Assembly (NCBI GenBank): GCA_021731245.1
Contig: JAKFXT010000015.1
Location: 14,889-78,888, forward strand
Source: Patescibacteria group bacterium
GTDB lineage: Bacteria > Patescibacteriota > Minisyncoccia > Phycocordibacterales > JAKFXT01
Direction: 5' to 3'
Length of the DNA stretch: 64,000 nucleotides
Below are positions 55,912 through 64,000 of the stretch, one piece after another; within the stretch, counting starts at the first letter, position 1; each line of letters opens with the position of its first letter. A program made the position numbers and the translations under genes. The notes beneath the pieces were generated by a model. That model searched no databases. It had not been told where the DNA came from and saw only the letters and a list, made by a program, of their open reading frames with translations.

Positions 55912-55987
55912 GCCGGGATAGCTCAGTTGGTAGAGCAACGGTTTTGTAAACCGTAGGTCGGAGGTTCGAACCCTCTTCCCGGCTCCA
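55912..55987 (+). tRNA. tRNA-Thr (anticodon UGU), CCA encoded
   Basis: Manually folded cloverleaf: acceptor GCCGGGA/TCCCGGC, D-arm GCTC-AGTTGGTA-GAGC, anticodon stem ACGGT/ACCGT with loop TTTGTAA, T-arm GGAGG-TTCGAAC-CCTCT, discriminator T plus CCA. 76 nt. Confidence 0.85.
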
Positions 55988-55997
55988 ATTTTTTAAA

Positions 55998-56026
55998 AAC
56001 ACCCGAGTTTTCTGGGTGTTTTTTTG
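55998..56026 (+). terminator. rho-independent terminator after the tRNA
   Basis: AACACCC-gagttttct-GGGTGTT followed by TTTTTT. Confidence 0.7.
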
Positions 56027-56056
56027 ATATAATTATGGAAATTAATTTTAATAAAA

Positions 56057-57232
56057 ATGGAGAGCCATCCCAGTCAATCAAATTCTTCTAGTAATTTTCC
56101 AAAAGGCTTTCTCTGGGGTTCTGCCACTGCTTCTTATCAAGTGGAAGGTGGAATAGAAAATAACGATTGGGCCAAGGCGGGAAGAGAGGGAAAGGTTCCT
56201 CCTGCGGGCATATCCTCCGATCATTACAATAGATATGAGAAGGATTTCGATATTGCTCAATCTCTCTCTCAAAACACTCACAGATTATCAATTGAGTGGG
56301 CGAGAATTGAACCCCATGAAGGGCAATTTGACGAAAAAGAAATAGAGCATTACAGAAGAGTCATTCAGTCCTTGAAACGGCGTGGACTTGAGCCTTTTGT
56401 AACACTTTGGCATTTTACCTTGCCGATTTGGTTTGCCGATAAGGGTGGCTTTGAAAATGAAGAATCTCCAAAGATTTTTGCTAGATATTGTAAATATGTC
56501 GTTAGTAAATTAGGGGATGAGGCAGAATTTTGGATGACTATAAACGAACCTCTGATTTGGGCGTCCGGTAGTTATTTTAGAGGTAAGTGGCCACCTTTTA
56601 AGAAAAATATTTTCAAATTTATTAGAGTACAGTCGTCTTTAGTTGAGTCTCACACTCTAGCTTTTAAAAGTATGAAAGAAATAAATTCAAATTTGAAAAT
56701 TGGAATAGCAAAAAATAATATGTATTTTGGAGCGGATAATAAAGTATGGAACATAATTGCTAAAAACTTTATGAATTGGTTTTGGAATGAAAGGTTTTTG
56801 GATAAAATATCGGGTCACCAAGATTTTATAGGATTGAATCATTATTTTTATGTGAAATTTGGCGATAAAGATAAATTGCCAAAAACAGATATGAATTGGG
56901 ATATATTTCCAGAGGCAATTTACAAATGTTTAGTTCAATTAAAAAAATATAATAAACCAATTTATATTACAGAAAATGGCATTGCCGATGAAAAGGATGT
57001 AATGAGAGGGGATTTTATAAAAGATTATTTAAAATTTGTTAAAAAGGCGATTGATGAAGGGGTGGATGTGAAAGGGTATTTTCACTGGTCACTACTGGAT
57101 AATTTTGAATGGTCATTTGGTTTTGATAAAAAATTTGGTTTAGTAGAAATAGTCCCGAAAACACTTGAAAGAAAAATAAGATCGTCTGCTTATATTTATA
57201 AAAAGATAGCCGAAAATAATTCAATTGTATGA
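56057..57232 (+). CDS. GH1-family beta-glucosidase (short form)
   Basis: FLWGSATASYQVEGG, the acid/base TINEP and the nucleophile ITENG. Confidence 0.85.
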   Translation: MESHPSQSNSSSNFPKGFLWGSATASYQVEGGIENNDWAKAGREGKVPPAGISSDHYNRYEKDFDIAQSLSQNTHRLSIEWARIEPHEGQFDEKEIEHYRRVIQSLKRRGLEPFVTLWHFTLPIWFADKGGFENEESPKIFARYCKYVVSKLGDEAEFWMTINEPLIWASGSYFRGKWPPFKKNIFKFIRVQSSLVESHTLAFKSMKEINSNLKIGIAKNNMYFGADNKVWNIIAKNFMNWFWNERFLDKISGHQDFIGLNHYFYVKFGDKDKLPKTDMNWDIFPEAIYKCLVQLKKYNKPIYITENGIADEKDVMRGDFIKDYLKFVKKAIDEGVDVKGYFHWSLLDNFEWSFGFDKKFGLVEIVPKTLERKIRSSAYIYKKIAENNSIV

Positions 57233-58134
57233 ATCCCGATTTAGCTTTTACTATTTCAATAGCATTTGTTCTAGTTGGGCAGATTCTTAATGCTGCGATA
57301 GTCCTAATAGATAAATACATAGTTACCAAAACCACTATTAGTAGTCCTGGGGCATACGCCTTCTTTGTGAGTCTTATGTCTGGAGTTGTTCTCATATTGG
57401 TTCCATTTGGAGTTATAGGACTACCTGATTATGAAACCATATGGCTTTCTTTGGATATTGGTCTTATTTTTGTCGCATCCATAGTTCTTCTTTATAGGGC
57501 ACTTAAACATGCTAACGCAACGGATGTTGTCGCATGGCTTACAGCAATTTCTACTATAACCACATTCATTTTTGGTGTTATTTTTCTGGACGAACAGTTA
57601 CCAAAGAATTTTCCATATGCCATGGCACTTTTCATACTAGGTATTCTTTTTGTGGGTCATTTTCGTTTTTACGCTCTTTCCTTTATTCAAGTGGTAGTGT
57701 CCGGAATACTTTTCGGTTTGTCCGCTGTTCTTTTGAAAGTTCTTTTTTCTCATGCCAGTTTTATTGATGGATTTTTTTGGTCACGTATGGGAAATTTGGT
57801 CGCTGCTTTAGCCCTACTAATTCTTCCATCTATTAGGAGTCATGTGTTTACCACATCTAAAAACACAACTCATAAAACTGGTTTTCTGGTTATAGCGAAT
57901 AGAATTTTGGGTGGAGTGGCATTCCTTTGTATATTATATGCAATTCAACTTGGTTCGGTTTCAGTGGTCAATGCGCTTTCATCTTTGCAATTCGTTTTTA
58001 TTTTCCTACTGATACTTTTCTTTGCCAAGAAACTGCCTGATTTGTACCATCACGAGTTCCGTCCGGGACACATTCTTCATAAAGTTGTAGCTATGCTATT
58101 TATAGTTCTTGGTTTTGCAGTACTATTCCTATGA
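57229..58134 (+). CDS. DMT-superfamily (EamA-like) transporter
   Basis: About 10 TM helices in two homologous halves, 301 aa. Confidence 0.5.
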   Translation: MNPDLAFTISIAFVLVGQILNAAIVLIDKYIVTKTTISSPGAYAFFVSLMSGVVLILVPFGVIGLPDYETIWLSLDIGLIFVASIVLLYRALKHANATDVVAWLTAISTITTFIFGVIFLDEQLPKNFPYAMALFILGILFVGHFRFYALSFIQVVVSGILFGLSAVLLKVLFSHASFIDGFFWSRMGNLVAALALLILPSIRSHVFTTSKNTTHKTGFLVIANRILGGVAFLCILYAIQLGSVSVVNALSSLQFVFIFLLILFFAKKLPDLYHHEFRPGHILHKVVAMLFIVLGFAVLFL

Positions 58135-59129
58135 TTTTTTTAAAGAAAATATTTAAGTTTTTTTTGGGAGTCATTTTTTTGATAGTTTTTATCGTGGCTA
58201 TTTTTTCTTTTCGTAAAACGCCAGATAATATATCTTATGGAGTTTCTTTCAGTAAGTATCGTGCCGATGAACTGGGTCTACCTTATAGAGAAACATTTAT
58301 ATCAATTCTCGATGATTTGAAAGTAAGGGATTTTAGATTATCAGCTCACTGGCCAATGATTGAACCTGAAAAGGATGTTTTTAATTTTATCGATTTAGAC
58401 TTTCAAATAGAAGAAGCAAAAAAAAGAAAAGCTGAAGTTATTTTGGCTATAGGAAGAAGACTTCCGAGTTGGCCAGAGTGCCACATTCCAGGATGGGCCA
58501 GAGATTTATCTTGGGAAGATCAGAAAAAAGAAATTCTTTCTTATTTAGAGAAAACAGTAGAAAGATATAAGGGATATGAAAATATAAAATACTGGCAAGT
58601 AGAAAACGAGCCTTATCTTTCCATTTTTGCTAAAGAACATTGTGGGGAATTAGACAAGGAGTTTTTAAAAGAAGAAATAGCTTTAGTTAAAAAATTAGAC
58701 CCAGAAAGAAAAGTTCTAGTCACAGATAGTGGTAATTTGGGGCTTTGGTACGGAGCTTGGAAATCAGGAGATGTCTTTGGTACCAGTGTTTATATATATC
58801 TTTGGAATCCAGAAATTGGACAAGTTAAAACTATTTACAGGCCATTCGTTTACAAAGCAAAAACAAATATTTCTGAGTTTTTCTTTGGTAAAAAAGACTC
58901 ACTTTTGATAGAGCTTGCACTAGAGCCTTGGTTAATTGAGCCTATAACGACCGCAAGTATTGAGACTCAAATAAATAGAATGGATATAGCAAAATTTGAT
59001 GAAATAATAAATTTTTCAAAAAAGACAGGCTTTTCTGAACAATACCTTTGGGGGGTTGAGTGGTGGTATTGGATGAAAAATAAAGGTCATAGTGAGTATT
59101 TTGATAAAGCGAAAGAAATTTTTGAATAA
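58131..59129 (+). CDS. membrane-anchored glycoside hydrolase (clan GH-A, GH5-like)
   Basis: N-terminal TM. The WQVENEP acid/base-type motif and a TIM-barrel-like layout. Confidence 0.45.
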   Translation: MIFLKKIFKFFLGVIFLIVFIVAIFSFRKTPDNISYGVSFSKYRADELGLPYRETFISILDDLKVRDFRLSAHWPMIEPEKDVFNFIDLDFQIEEAKKRKAEVILAIGRRLPSWPECHIPGWARDLSWEDQKKEILSYLEKTVERYKGYENIKYWQVENEPYLSIFAKEHCGELDKEFLKEEIALVKKLDPERKVLVTDSGNLGLWYGAWKSGDVFGTSVYIYLWNPEIGQVKTIYRPFVYKAKTNISEFFFGKKDSLLIELALEPWLIEPITTASIETQINRMDIAKFDEIINFSKKTGFSEQYLWGVEWWYWMKNKGHSEYFDKAKEIFE

Positions 59130-59199
59130 TAGGATATTTTAAAAGTTCTAGATTTATCTTCTTTTTCTTGCTAAATTGCCCATACTTAATATTGATTAA

Positions 59200-60738
59200 A
59201 TGGATTACAAAGATACAGAGTATTTTAAGGTCGGTCGCGCAAGCGACTTGTCTGGTATAGACAGATTTGTCTATAGATGTCTTGAAATACTGCCCGGATT
59301 TCTTTCTTGGGGCACTATTATTATGACAGTCGTACTCTCTTTTTATGCGCCAGTTGCAGCGGCATATTTTATTATAGCTTTTGACATATACTGGTTACTT
59401 AAAACAGTCTATCTTTCATTCCACCTGCAATATAACTGGAGACGCTTGAAGCACAATATTTCCGCCGACTGGTCTTTAATGCTTTCGAAGTTAAAGTATG
59501 AACAGGTGTATCATCTCATCGTCTTACCTTTTTATAAGGAGGATATTGAAGTTGTAGAACAGAGTTTAAAAAGTATAGTTGATTCAAAGTACGATAAGAA
59601 AAAAATATCGGTTGTTTTGGCAACAGAGGAAAGGGCGGGAGACGGTGCGCAAAAAATAGCCAGAACAATAGAAGAAAAATATGCTAATTTTTTCGGTAGT
59701 TTTTTAATCACCAAACACCCTGAAGACGTTGCTGGAGAAATCGCTGCAAAGGGTTCAAACATAACTTATGCAACGGAAGAAGCGAGAGTTAATATTTTAG
59801 ATAAAAATAAAATACCTTATGAAAATGTTTTGGTGTCTGCTTTTGATATAGACACTGTTGTTTATAAACATTACTTCTCATGTCTCACTTGGCATTTTCT
59901 GACCGTGCCAGATCCATACAAAGTCTCATTCCAGCCTGTACCATTTTATAATAATAATATTTGGCGAGCCCCAGCACTCTCTCGTGTTGCAGCAGGTTCC
60001 AGTACTTTTTGGCAAATGATGCAACAAGAAAGACCAGAAAAATTGGCAACCTTCTCCTCTCATTCTGTGGCGTTTAAATCTCTTTATGAAATAGGTTATT
60101 GGCAAAAAAATATGGTCAACGAAGACTCAAGAATATTTTGGAATTTATTTTTATCCAGAAACGGTGATTACTCGGTAGTGCCTCTATCTTATCCAGTATC
60201 AATGGATGCCAACGTAGCCCCAACGCTTTGGCAAACAGTAAAAAATGTTTACCGACAGCATAGACGTTGGACATATGGTGCAGAAAATCTTCCTTACATA
60301 CTTTTTGGTTTCATTAAAAATAAAAAAATACCACTTTGGACAAAAATAAAAACATCGTTTGTTCAGATTGAAGGTTTTTGGTCTCTTGCAACAAACCCAA
60401 TACTAATTTTCCTTTTGGGATGGCTCCCTGTAATTATTGGGGGATATAAATTTAATGAAACATTGCTCTCGTATAATTTGCCGATTTTGACTAGAAACAT
60501 AATGATTGTGGCGATGCTTGGCCTTATTATGTCATCTATTATATTCATATCGCTTCTACCAGAGCCCCCAAGAGATAGAAATAAACCATCAAAGTTTGCC
60601 TTGGTTTTACAGTGGATTCTAGTTCCTTTCACCATACTATTTTTCGGAGCCTTTCCTGGACTTGATGCTCAGACTAGACTAATGTTTGGTAAATATATGG
60701 GTTTTTGGGTTACACCAAAACATAGGGATAAAATATAA
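59200..60738 (+). CDS. processive family-2 glycosyltransferase (cellulose-synthase-like beta-glycan synthase)
   Basis: N- and C-terminal TM bundles flank a GT-A domain with D, D.D-like residues (VVLATEE...AFDIDT) and the Q..RW motif (QHRRWTYG). Confidence 0.6.
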   Translation: MDYKDTEYFKVGRASDLSGIDRFVYRCLEILPGFLSWGTIIMTVVLSFYAPVAAAYFIIAFDIYWLLKTVYLSFHLQYNWRRLKHNISADWSLMLSKLKYEQVYHLIVLPFYKEDIEVVEQSLKSIVDSKYDKKKISVVLATEERAGDGAQKIARTIEEKYANFFGSFLITKHPEDVAGEIAAKGSNITYATEEARVNILDKNKIPYENVLVSAFDIDTVVYKHYFSCLTWHFLTVPDPYKVSFQPVPFYNNNIWRAPALSRVAAGSSTFWQMMQQERPEKLATFSSHSVAFKSLYEIGYWQKNMVNEDSRIFWNLFLSRNGDYSVVPLSYPVSMDANVAPTLWQTVKNVYRQHRRWTYGAENLPYILFGFIKNKKIPLWTKIKTSFVQIEGFWSLATNPILIFLLGWLPVIIGGYKFNETLLSYNLPILTRNIMIVAMLGLIMSSIIFISLLPEPPRDRNKPSKFALVLQWILVPFTILFFGAFPGLDAQTRLMFGKYMGFWVTPKHRDKI

Positions 60739-60741
60739 TAA

Positions 60742-61623
60742 ATGGAACCACTTTCACGAAGAAAAAGAGTATCGTATTTTGTCATTCTCACTATTGTTTT
60801 TTTTATAGTGTCTCCACTTTTAATTCTATATGCCAAGGGGTACCGTCCAAATTTCGGAGAAGTCTTCAAGCTGGCTTTAACAGGAGGACTTTATATAAGC
60901 GCCGATGAGGCGGGAGTTTCTATTTATGTGAATGATAATTTAGTTAGAAAAACAAATATTGTGCAGAAAAGTATTTTCGTACAAGATTTAAAACCTGGGA
61001 CTTATGAAATAAAAGTTTCCAAAGATGACCAGCAATCTTGGAGTAAGTCTCTAAAAGTTTTTCCAGAGCTGGTAACAGAGGCAAGACCTTTTCTTGTAGA
61101 TACAGAAATTACAATTGAAGAAATTACAAGATTTTTAAATACTAGTAATACTGCAACTACAAGCTCATCAACAAAACCTTTAGCTAAGAATCCTGAGTAT
61201 GAAAATGTGAATTTAATTTTTACAACAATTCCTTTAAAAGCAACTACAACTAAGGCCACAAGCACTCCACCTAACGCTAAATCTATAAGAAGGGTCACTG
61301 TGGAAAACAAAGCGGGAGAGTTACATGTTTCTTGGGCAGGGGAAGAAGATTCAATCCCTTATTATTTTTGTGAGAATATTGATTGTAAAAAAGAAATTAT
61401 TATTAAAACACCATCACTTGTTAAATCTCATGATTTTTTCCCAGGACGTGATGATCTTTTAATTGTTAGATTAGAGGATGGAATTTATGTAATTGAAATT
61501 GATGATAGATCAAAGCAAAATATCCAAAAATTGGTTTCTGGGGGCGAATTTGATTTTAAAATTATAGATGGTGGTAATTTGTATATAAAGAGTGGTCTCA
61601 AGATTTATTCAGTGTCCTTATAA
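60742..61623 (+). CDS. PEGA-domain protein (membrane-anchored)
   Basis: N-terminal TM and a PEGA-like beta-sandwich (VSIYVNDNLV...LKPGTYEIKV). It is 4-nt coupled to the GT2 gene. Confidence 0.45.
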   Translation: MEPLSRRKRVSYFVILTIVFFIVSPLLILYAKGYRPNFGEVFKLALTGGLYISADEAGVSIYVNDNLVRKTNIVQKSIFVQDLKPGTYEIKVSKDDQQSWSKSLKVFPELVTEARPFLVDTEITIEEITRFLNTSNTATTSSSTKPLAKNPEYENVNLIFTTIPLKATTTKATSTPPNAKSIRRVTVENKAGELHVSWAGEEDSIPYYFCENIDCKKEIIIKTPSLVKSHDFFPGRDDLLIVRLEDGIYVIEIDDRSKQNIQKLVSGGEFDFKIIDGGNLYIKSGLKIYSVSL

Positions 61624-61652
61624 ATAAGACTTAATTTGAGTATAATTTAAAT

Positions 61653-62402
61653 ATGAAAGACGAAGGCAAAGAAAAAAATAAGAAAGGTCACTTACACCCC
61701 ATGACTTTAATGGTCAATGATATCGCTACTATTTTTCGTAAAATGGGTTTTGCTATTGCAGAAGGACCTGAAATAGAGACAGAACATTATAATTTTGACG
61801 CTTTGAATATTCCCGAATGGCATCCAGCACGCGATATGTGGGATACTTTTTGGCTGAAACCTCTTAAAGATAGAAAGTTGCTTAGAACCCATACAAGTCC
61901 AGTACAGCTTCGTTATATGGAGAAAATGGGAGCGCCCCTCAGAGTTGTTGTCCCAGGGAAGGTTTATAGACACGAAGCAACTGACGCAACGCACGAAGCA
62001 CAATTTTATCAATTAGAAGGATTAATGATTGAAGAAAATTGTAGCTTAGCTCACTTTAAAGGGGTGTTGGAGCAATTTTTCAGTGAATTTTTTAATACTA
62101 AAGTTTCCATGCGTCTTCGACCCTCTTATTTTCCATTCGTGGAGCCAGGAGTAGAGGCTGATATAACTTGTATAAAATGTGAGGGCATTGGATGTTCTAT
62201 GTGTAAACAGACAGGCTGGATTGAGCTTATGGGGGCAGGAATGGTTCACCCTAAGGTTTTAGAGTGGGGCGGTATTGATTCAAAAAAATATAAAGGATTT
62301 GCTTTTGGAGCTGGGATAGATAGATTGGGCGTTTTGAAATACGGAATAGATAATATTCGCATTTCTTATAATGGAGATCTTCGCCTCACGAATCAATTTT
62401 AA
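61653..62402 (+). CDS. pheS: phenylalanine--tRNA ligase alpha subunit (short form)
   Basis: Class II core motifs (FRxE-like, GxGxGxxR: FAFGAGIDRL) and FPFVEPGVE. Confidence 0.9.
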   Translation: MKDEGKEKNKKGHLHPMTLMVNDIATIFRKMGFAIAEGPEIETEHYNFDALNIPEWHPARDMWDTFWLKPLKDRKLLRTHTSPVQLRYMEKMGAPLRVVVPGKVYRHEATDATHEAQFYQLEGLMIEENCSLAHFKGVLEQFFSEFFNTKVSMRLRPSYFPFVEPGVEADITCIKCEGIGCSMCKQTGWIELMGAGMVHPKVLEWGGIDSKKYKGFAFGAGIDRLGVLKYGIDNIRISYNGDLRLTNQF

Positions 62403-62405
62403 AAT

Positions 62406-64000
62406 ATGAAAATATCTAGAAATTGGTTACAAACTTTTTTTGAAAGTAATTTACCACCAACTGACAAATTGGCTGATGGCCTTACTATGCACGCCTTTGA
62501 AATTGAAGGTGTAGAGAAAAAGGAGGGAGATGAAATTTTGGATGTAAAAGTCCTTCCAAATCGCTCTCATGATTGCCTCTGTCATTATGGCATTGCTAAA
62601 GAAGTAAGTTCTATTTTTGAATTACCCTTGTCAAAGAAACCTTTTGAAGAAAAACCGAGAACATTTCCTCAATCAAATGAATTTTCAGTTGAAATTGATA
62701 CTGATAAGGTGAAGCGTTTTAAAGCCCTTGTAATTCACGGAGTAAAAGTTGCTCCGTCTCCAAAGTGGCTACAGGAAGCGATTATTTCTATGGGAGGTCG
62801 TTCAATAAATAATATTGTAGATATAACAAACTTTGTGATGTTTGAATTGGGCCAGCCAATGCACGCTTTCGATATGAATAAATTTGGTTCCAAAGATAAT
62901 AAATCTTTTGTCGTTCGTGAATCTAAAGAAGTAGAAAAAGTTACTACTCTTGATGGAATAGAAAGAGAATTAAAAGACGGGGCTCTGCTTATAACGGATG
63001 GAGAAAATAAAGGCAAAACAATATTAGGTATTGCTGGAATTAAGGGTGGGTCATCTTCAGAAATTACAGACAAGACAACAGATATTATTCTAGAAGCAGC
63101 TACCTTTGATGCTCCGACCATAAGAAAACACTCTAAATTATTGGGAATTAGAACAGACGCTTCTATTCGTTTTGAAAATGATATTTCAAGTGAACTCCCG
63201 CCCTACGCTATTTCCTATGCACTTGACTTGATAGAGAAATTAGCAAAAGGAGAGAATTTTCAAGTAGAGGGGGAGTTTGATTTTAAAAAGGGGGATTACA
63301 AAGAAAAAAAGATAAGCATTTCTCTAAAAGAAATAAACAATATTCTTGGGACAAAATTAAGCGACAGAGAAGTCAGTGCCATATTATCTCGACTAATGTT
63401 TTCTTTTGAAGAGAAAGGAGGAGAGTTTGAAGTTACAGCACCCTTTGAAAGATTAGATTTAGAAATCCCTGAGGACATAGCCGAAGAAGTCGGCCGTATT
63501 TATGGTTTGGAACACATAGAATCTATTTTGCCAGAAAAGTTTGAAAAGGAAGTTGAAATTAATCAAGATTTCTATAAGTTACAAAAGATTCGCCAAAAAT
63601 TGATTGAAGATGGTTTTTCGGAAGTTTATACATACTCTATGAGAGGTGATGGTGAAATAGAAATAGAAAATCCAATAGCGAGCGACAAATCTTTTATGCG
63701 AGGAAACTTGAGTGACGGAGTTAAATTAGCTTTAGAATTAAATATTAGAAATGCTCCAATTCTTGGTCTTAAGGATATAAAGATATTCGAAATTGGAGTA
63801 GTTTTTCAGAAAGACAAAGAAGAAGTGCGTTTGTGTATCGGAACCTCAAATAAAGGAAAAATAAACATAGAAGAACTTAATCTTAAAGAGGTTTATGAAA
63901 AGTTTCCTGTATCAGATTTAAATGAAGAGGAAATAAATAAAATAAAACTTGATAAAAAAGAAATAAAATATAAATCAATTTCACCTTATCCATTTGCATT
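62406..64000 (+). CDS. pheT: phenylalanine--tRNA ligase beta subunit, 3'-truncated by the window edge
   Basis: Not in the ORF track because there is no stop within the window. The frame is open from the ATG at 62406 to 64000. N-terminus MKISRNWLQTFFE... and the B3/B4 domain motifs are typical of PheT. Confidence 0.8.
   Translation, partial: MKISRNWLQTFFESNLPPTDKLADGLTMHAFEIEGVEKKEGDEILDVKVLPNRSHDCLCHYGIAKEVSSIFELPLSKKPFEEKPRTFPQSNEFSVEIDTDKVKRFKALVIHGVKVAPSPKWLQEAIISMGGRSINNIVDITNFVMFELGQPMHAFDMNKFGSKDNKSFVVRESKEVEKVTTLDGIERELKDGALLITDGENKGKTILGIAGIKGGSSSEITDKTTDIILEAATFDAPTIRKHSKLLGIRTDASIRFENDISSELPPYAISYALDLIEKLAKGENFQVEGEFDFKKGDYKEKKISISLKEINNILGTKLSDREVSAILSRLMFSFEEKGGEFEVTAPFERLDLEIPEDIAEEVGRIYGLEHIESILPEKFEKEVEINQDFYKLQKIRQKLIEDGFSEVYTYSMRGDGEIEIENPIASDKSFMRGNLSDGVKLALELNIRNAPILGLKDIKIFEIGVVFQKDKEEVRLCIGTSNKGKINIEELNLKEVYEKFPVSDLNEEEINKIKLDKKEIKYKSISPYPFA

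Noticed and set aside
1-64000. Searched for transposase/integrase/IS termini, phage structural genes and tRNA-adjacent integration scars to explain the foreign cassettes
   Set aside because: No transposase, recombinase or inverted-terminal-repeat pairs are recognisable next to any of the three GC-rich cassettes. The only tRNA (55912-55987) is about 4 kb from the nearest cassette. The insertion mechanism therefore remains unexplained.

Overview
This is a low-GC (about one-third G+C by eye), gene-dense bacterial window whose gene content and organisation resemble a Patescibacteria/CPR-type genome. Genes are compact and overlapping. Transketolase is split into N- and C-terminal subunits, there is a DsbA/VKOR disulfide system, and many small membrane proteins are present.

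Content from 5' to 3':
1. A large surface-glycan biosynthesis locus (about 1-19.2 kb) containing two GT4 glycosyltransferases, methyltransferases, a translationally coupled dehydrogenase/isomerase/alcohol-dehydrogenase trio, an FkbM methyltransferase, an SDR, a KdsB/NeuA-type cytidylyltransferase, an epimerase, a flippase and an O-antigen-ligase/TPR protein.
2. Housekeeping genes: murB, secA, obg, gatB, gap, rpiB, rpe, split tkt, fba, rplY, rpmE, prfA, rpsB, tsf, tRNA-Thr(UGU), pheS and a 3'-truncated pheT.
3. An envelope redox/membrane cluster: P-type ATPase, DsbA-like protein, VKOR, DedA and tandem DUF360 genes.
4. A beta-glucan-type synthesis/turnover cluster: GH1, a clan-GH-A hydrolase, a processive GT2 and a PEGA protein.

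Two observations stand out:
1. Three dispersed, strongly G+C-rich single-gene expression cassettes sit at about 12.5 kb (+), 47 kb (-) and 51.7 kb (-). Each has a textbook sigma70 promoter (TTGACA/TTGACT-17/18-TATAAT), a short 5'-UTR hairpin, an AAGGAG-type RBS, a foreign-composition ORF and a strong intrinsic terminator. The ORFs encode an ASCH-like protein, a secreted CxxC thioredoxin-fold protein and a secreted unknown protein. This architecture is compositionally alien to the host sequence. It looks like either very recent horizontal acquisitions from a high-GC donor or engineered insertions.
2. A recurring bipartite RNA motif occurs in front of three genes (O-antigen ligase-like gene, murB, gap). 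Its two arms, AUCCCGUUAGARA and UYUCUAAUGGGAU, form a 12-13 bp helix with a conserved G.U wobble that ends in the start codon, and one copy shows a compensatory base-pair change.

Other points of interest are a promoter-driven structured leader or ncRNA upstream of murB, twin small Cys/Gly-rich secreted peptides flanking a membrane gene, a PRTase-PQQ beta-propeller fusion, and two cysteine-repeat proteins. No CRISPR array, transposase or rRNA was found.
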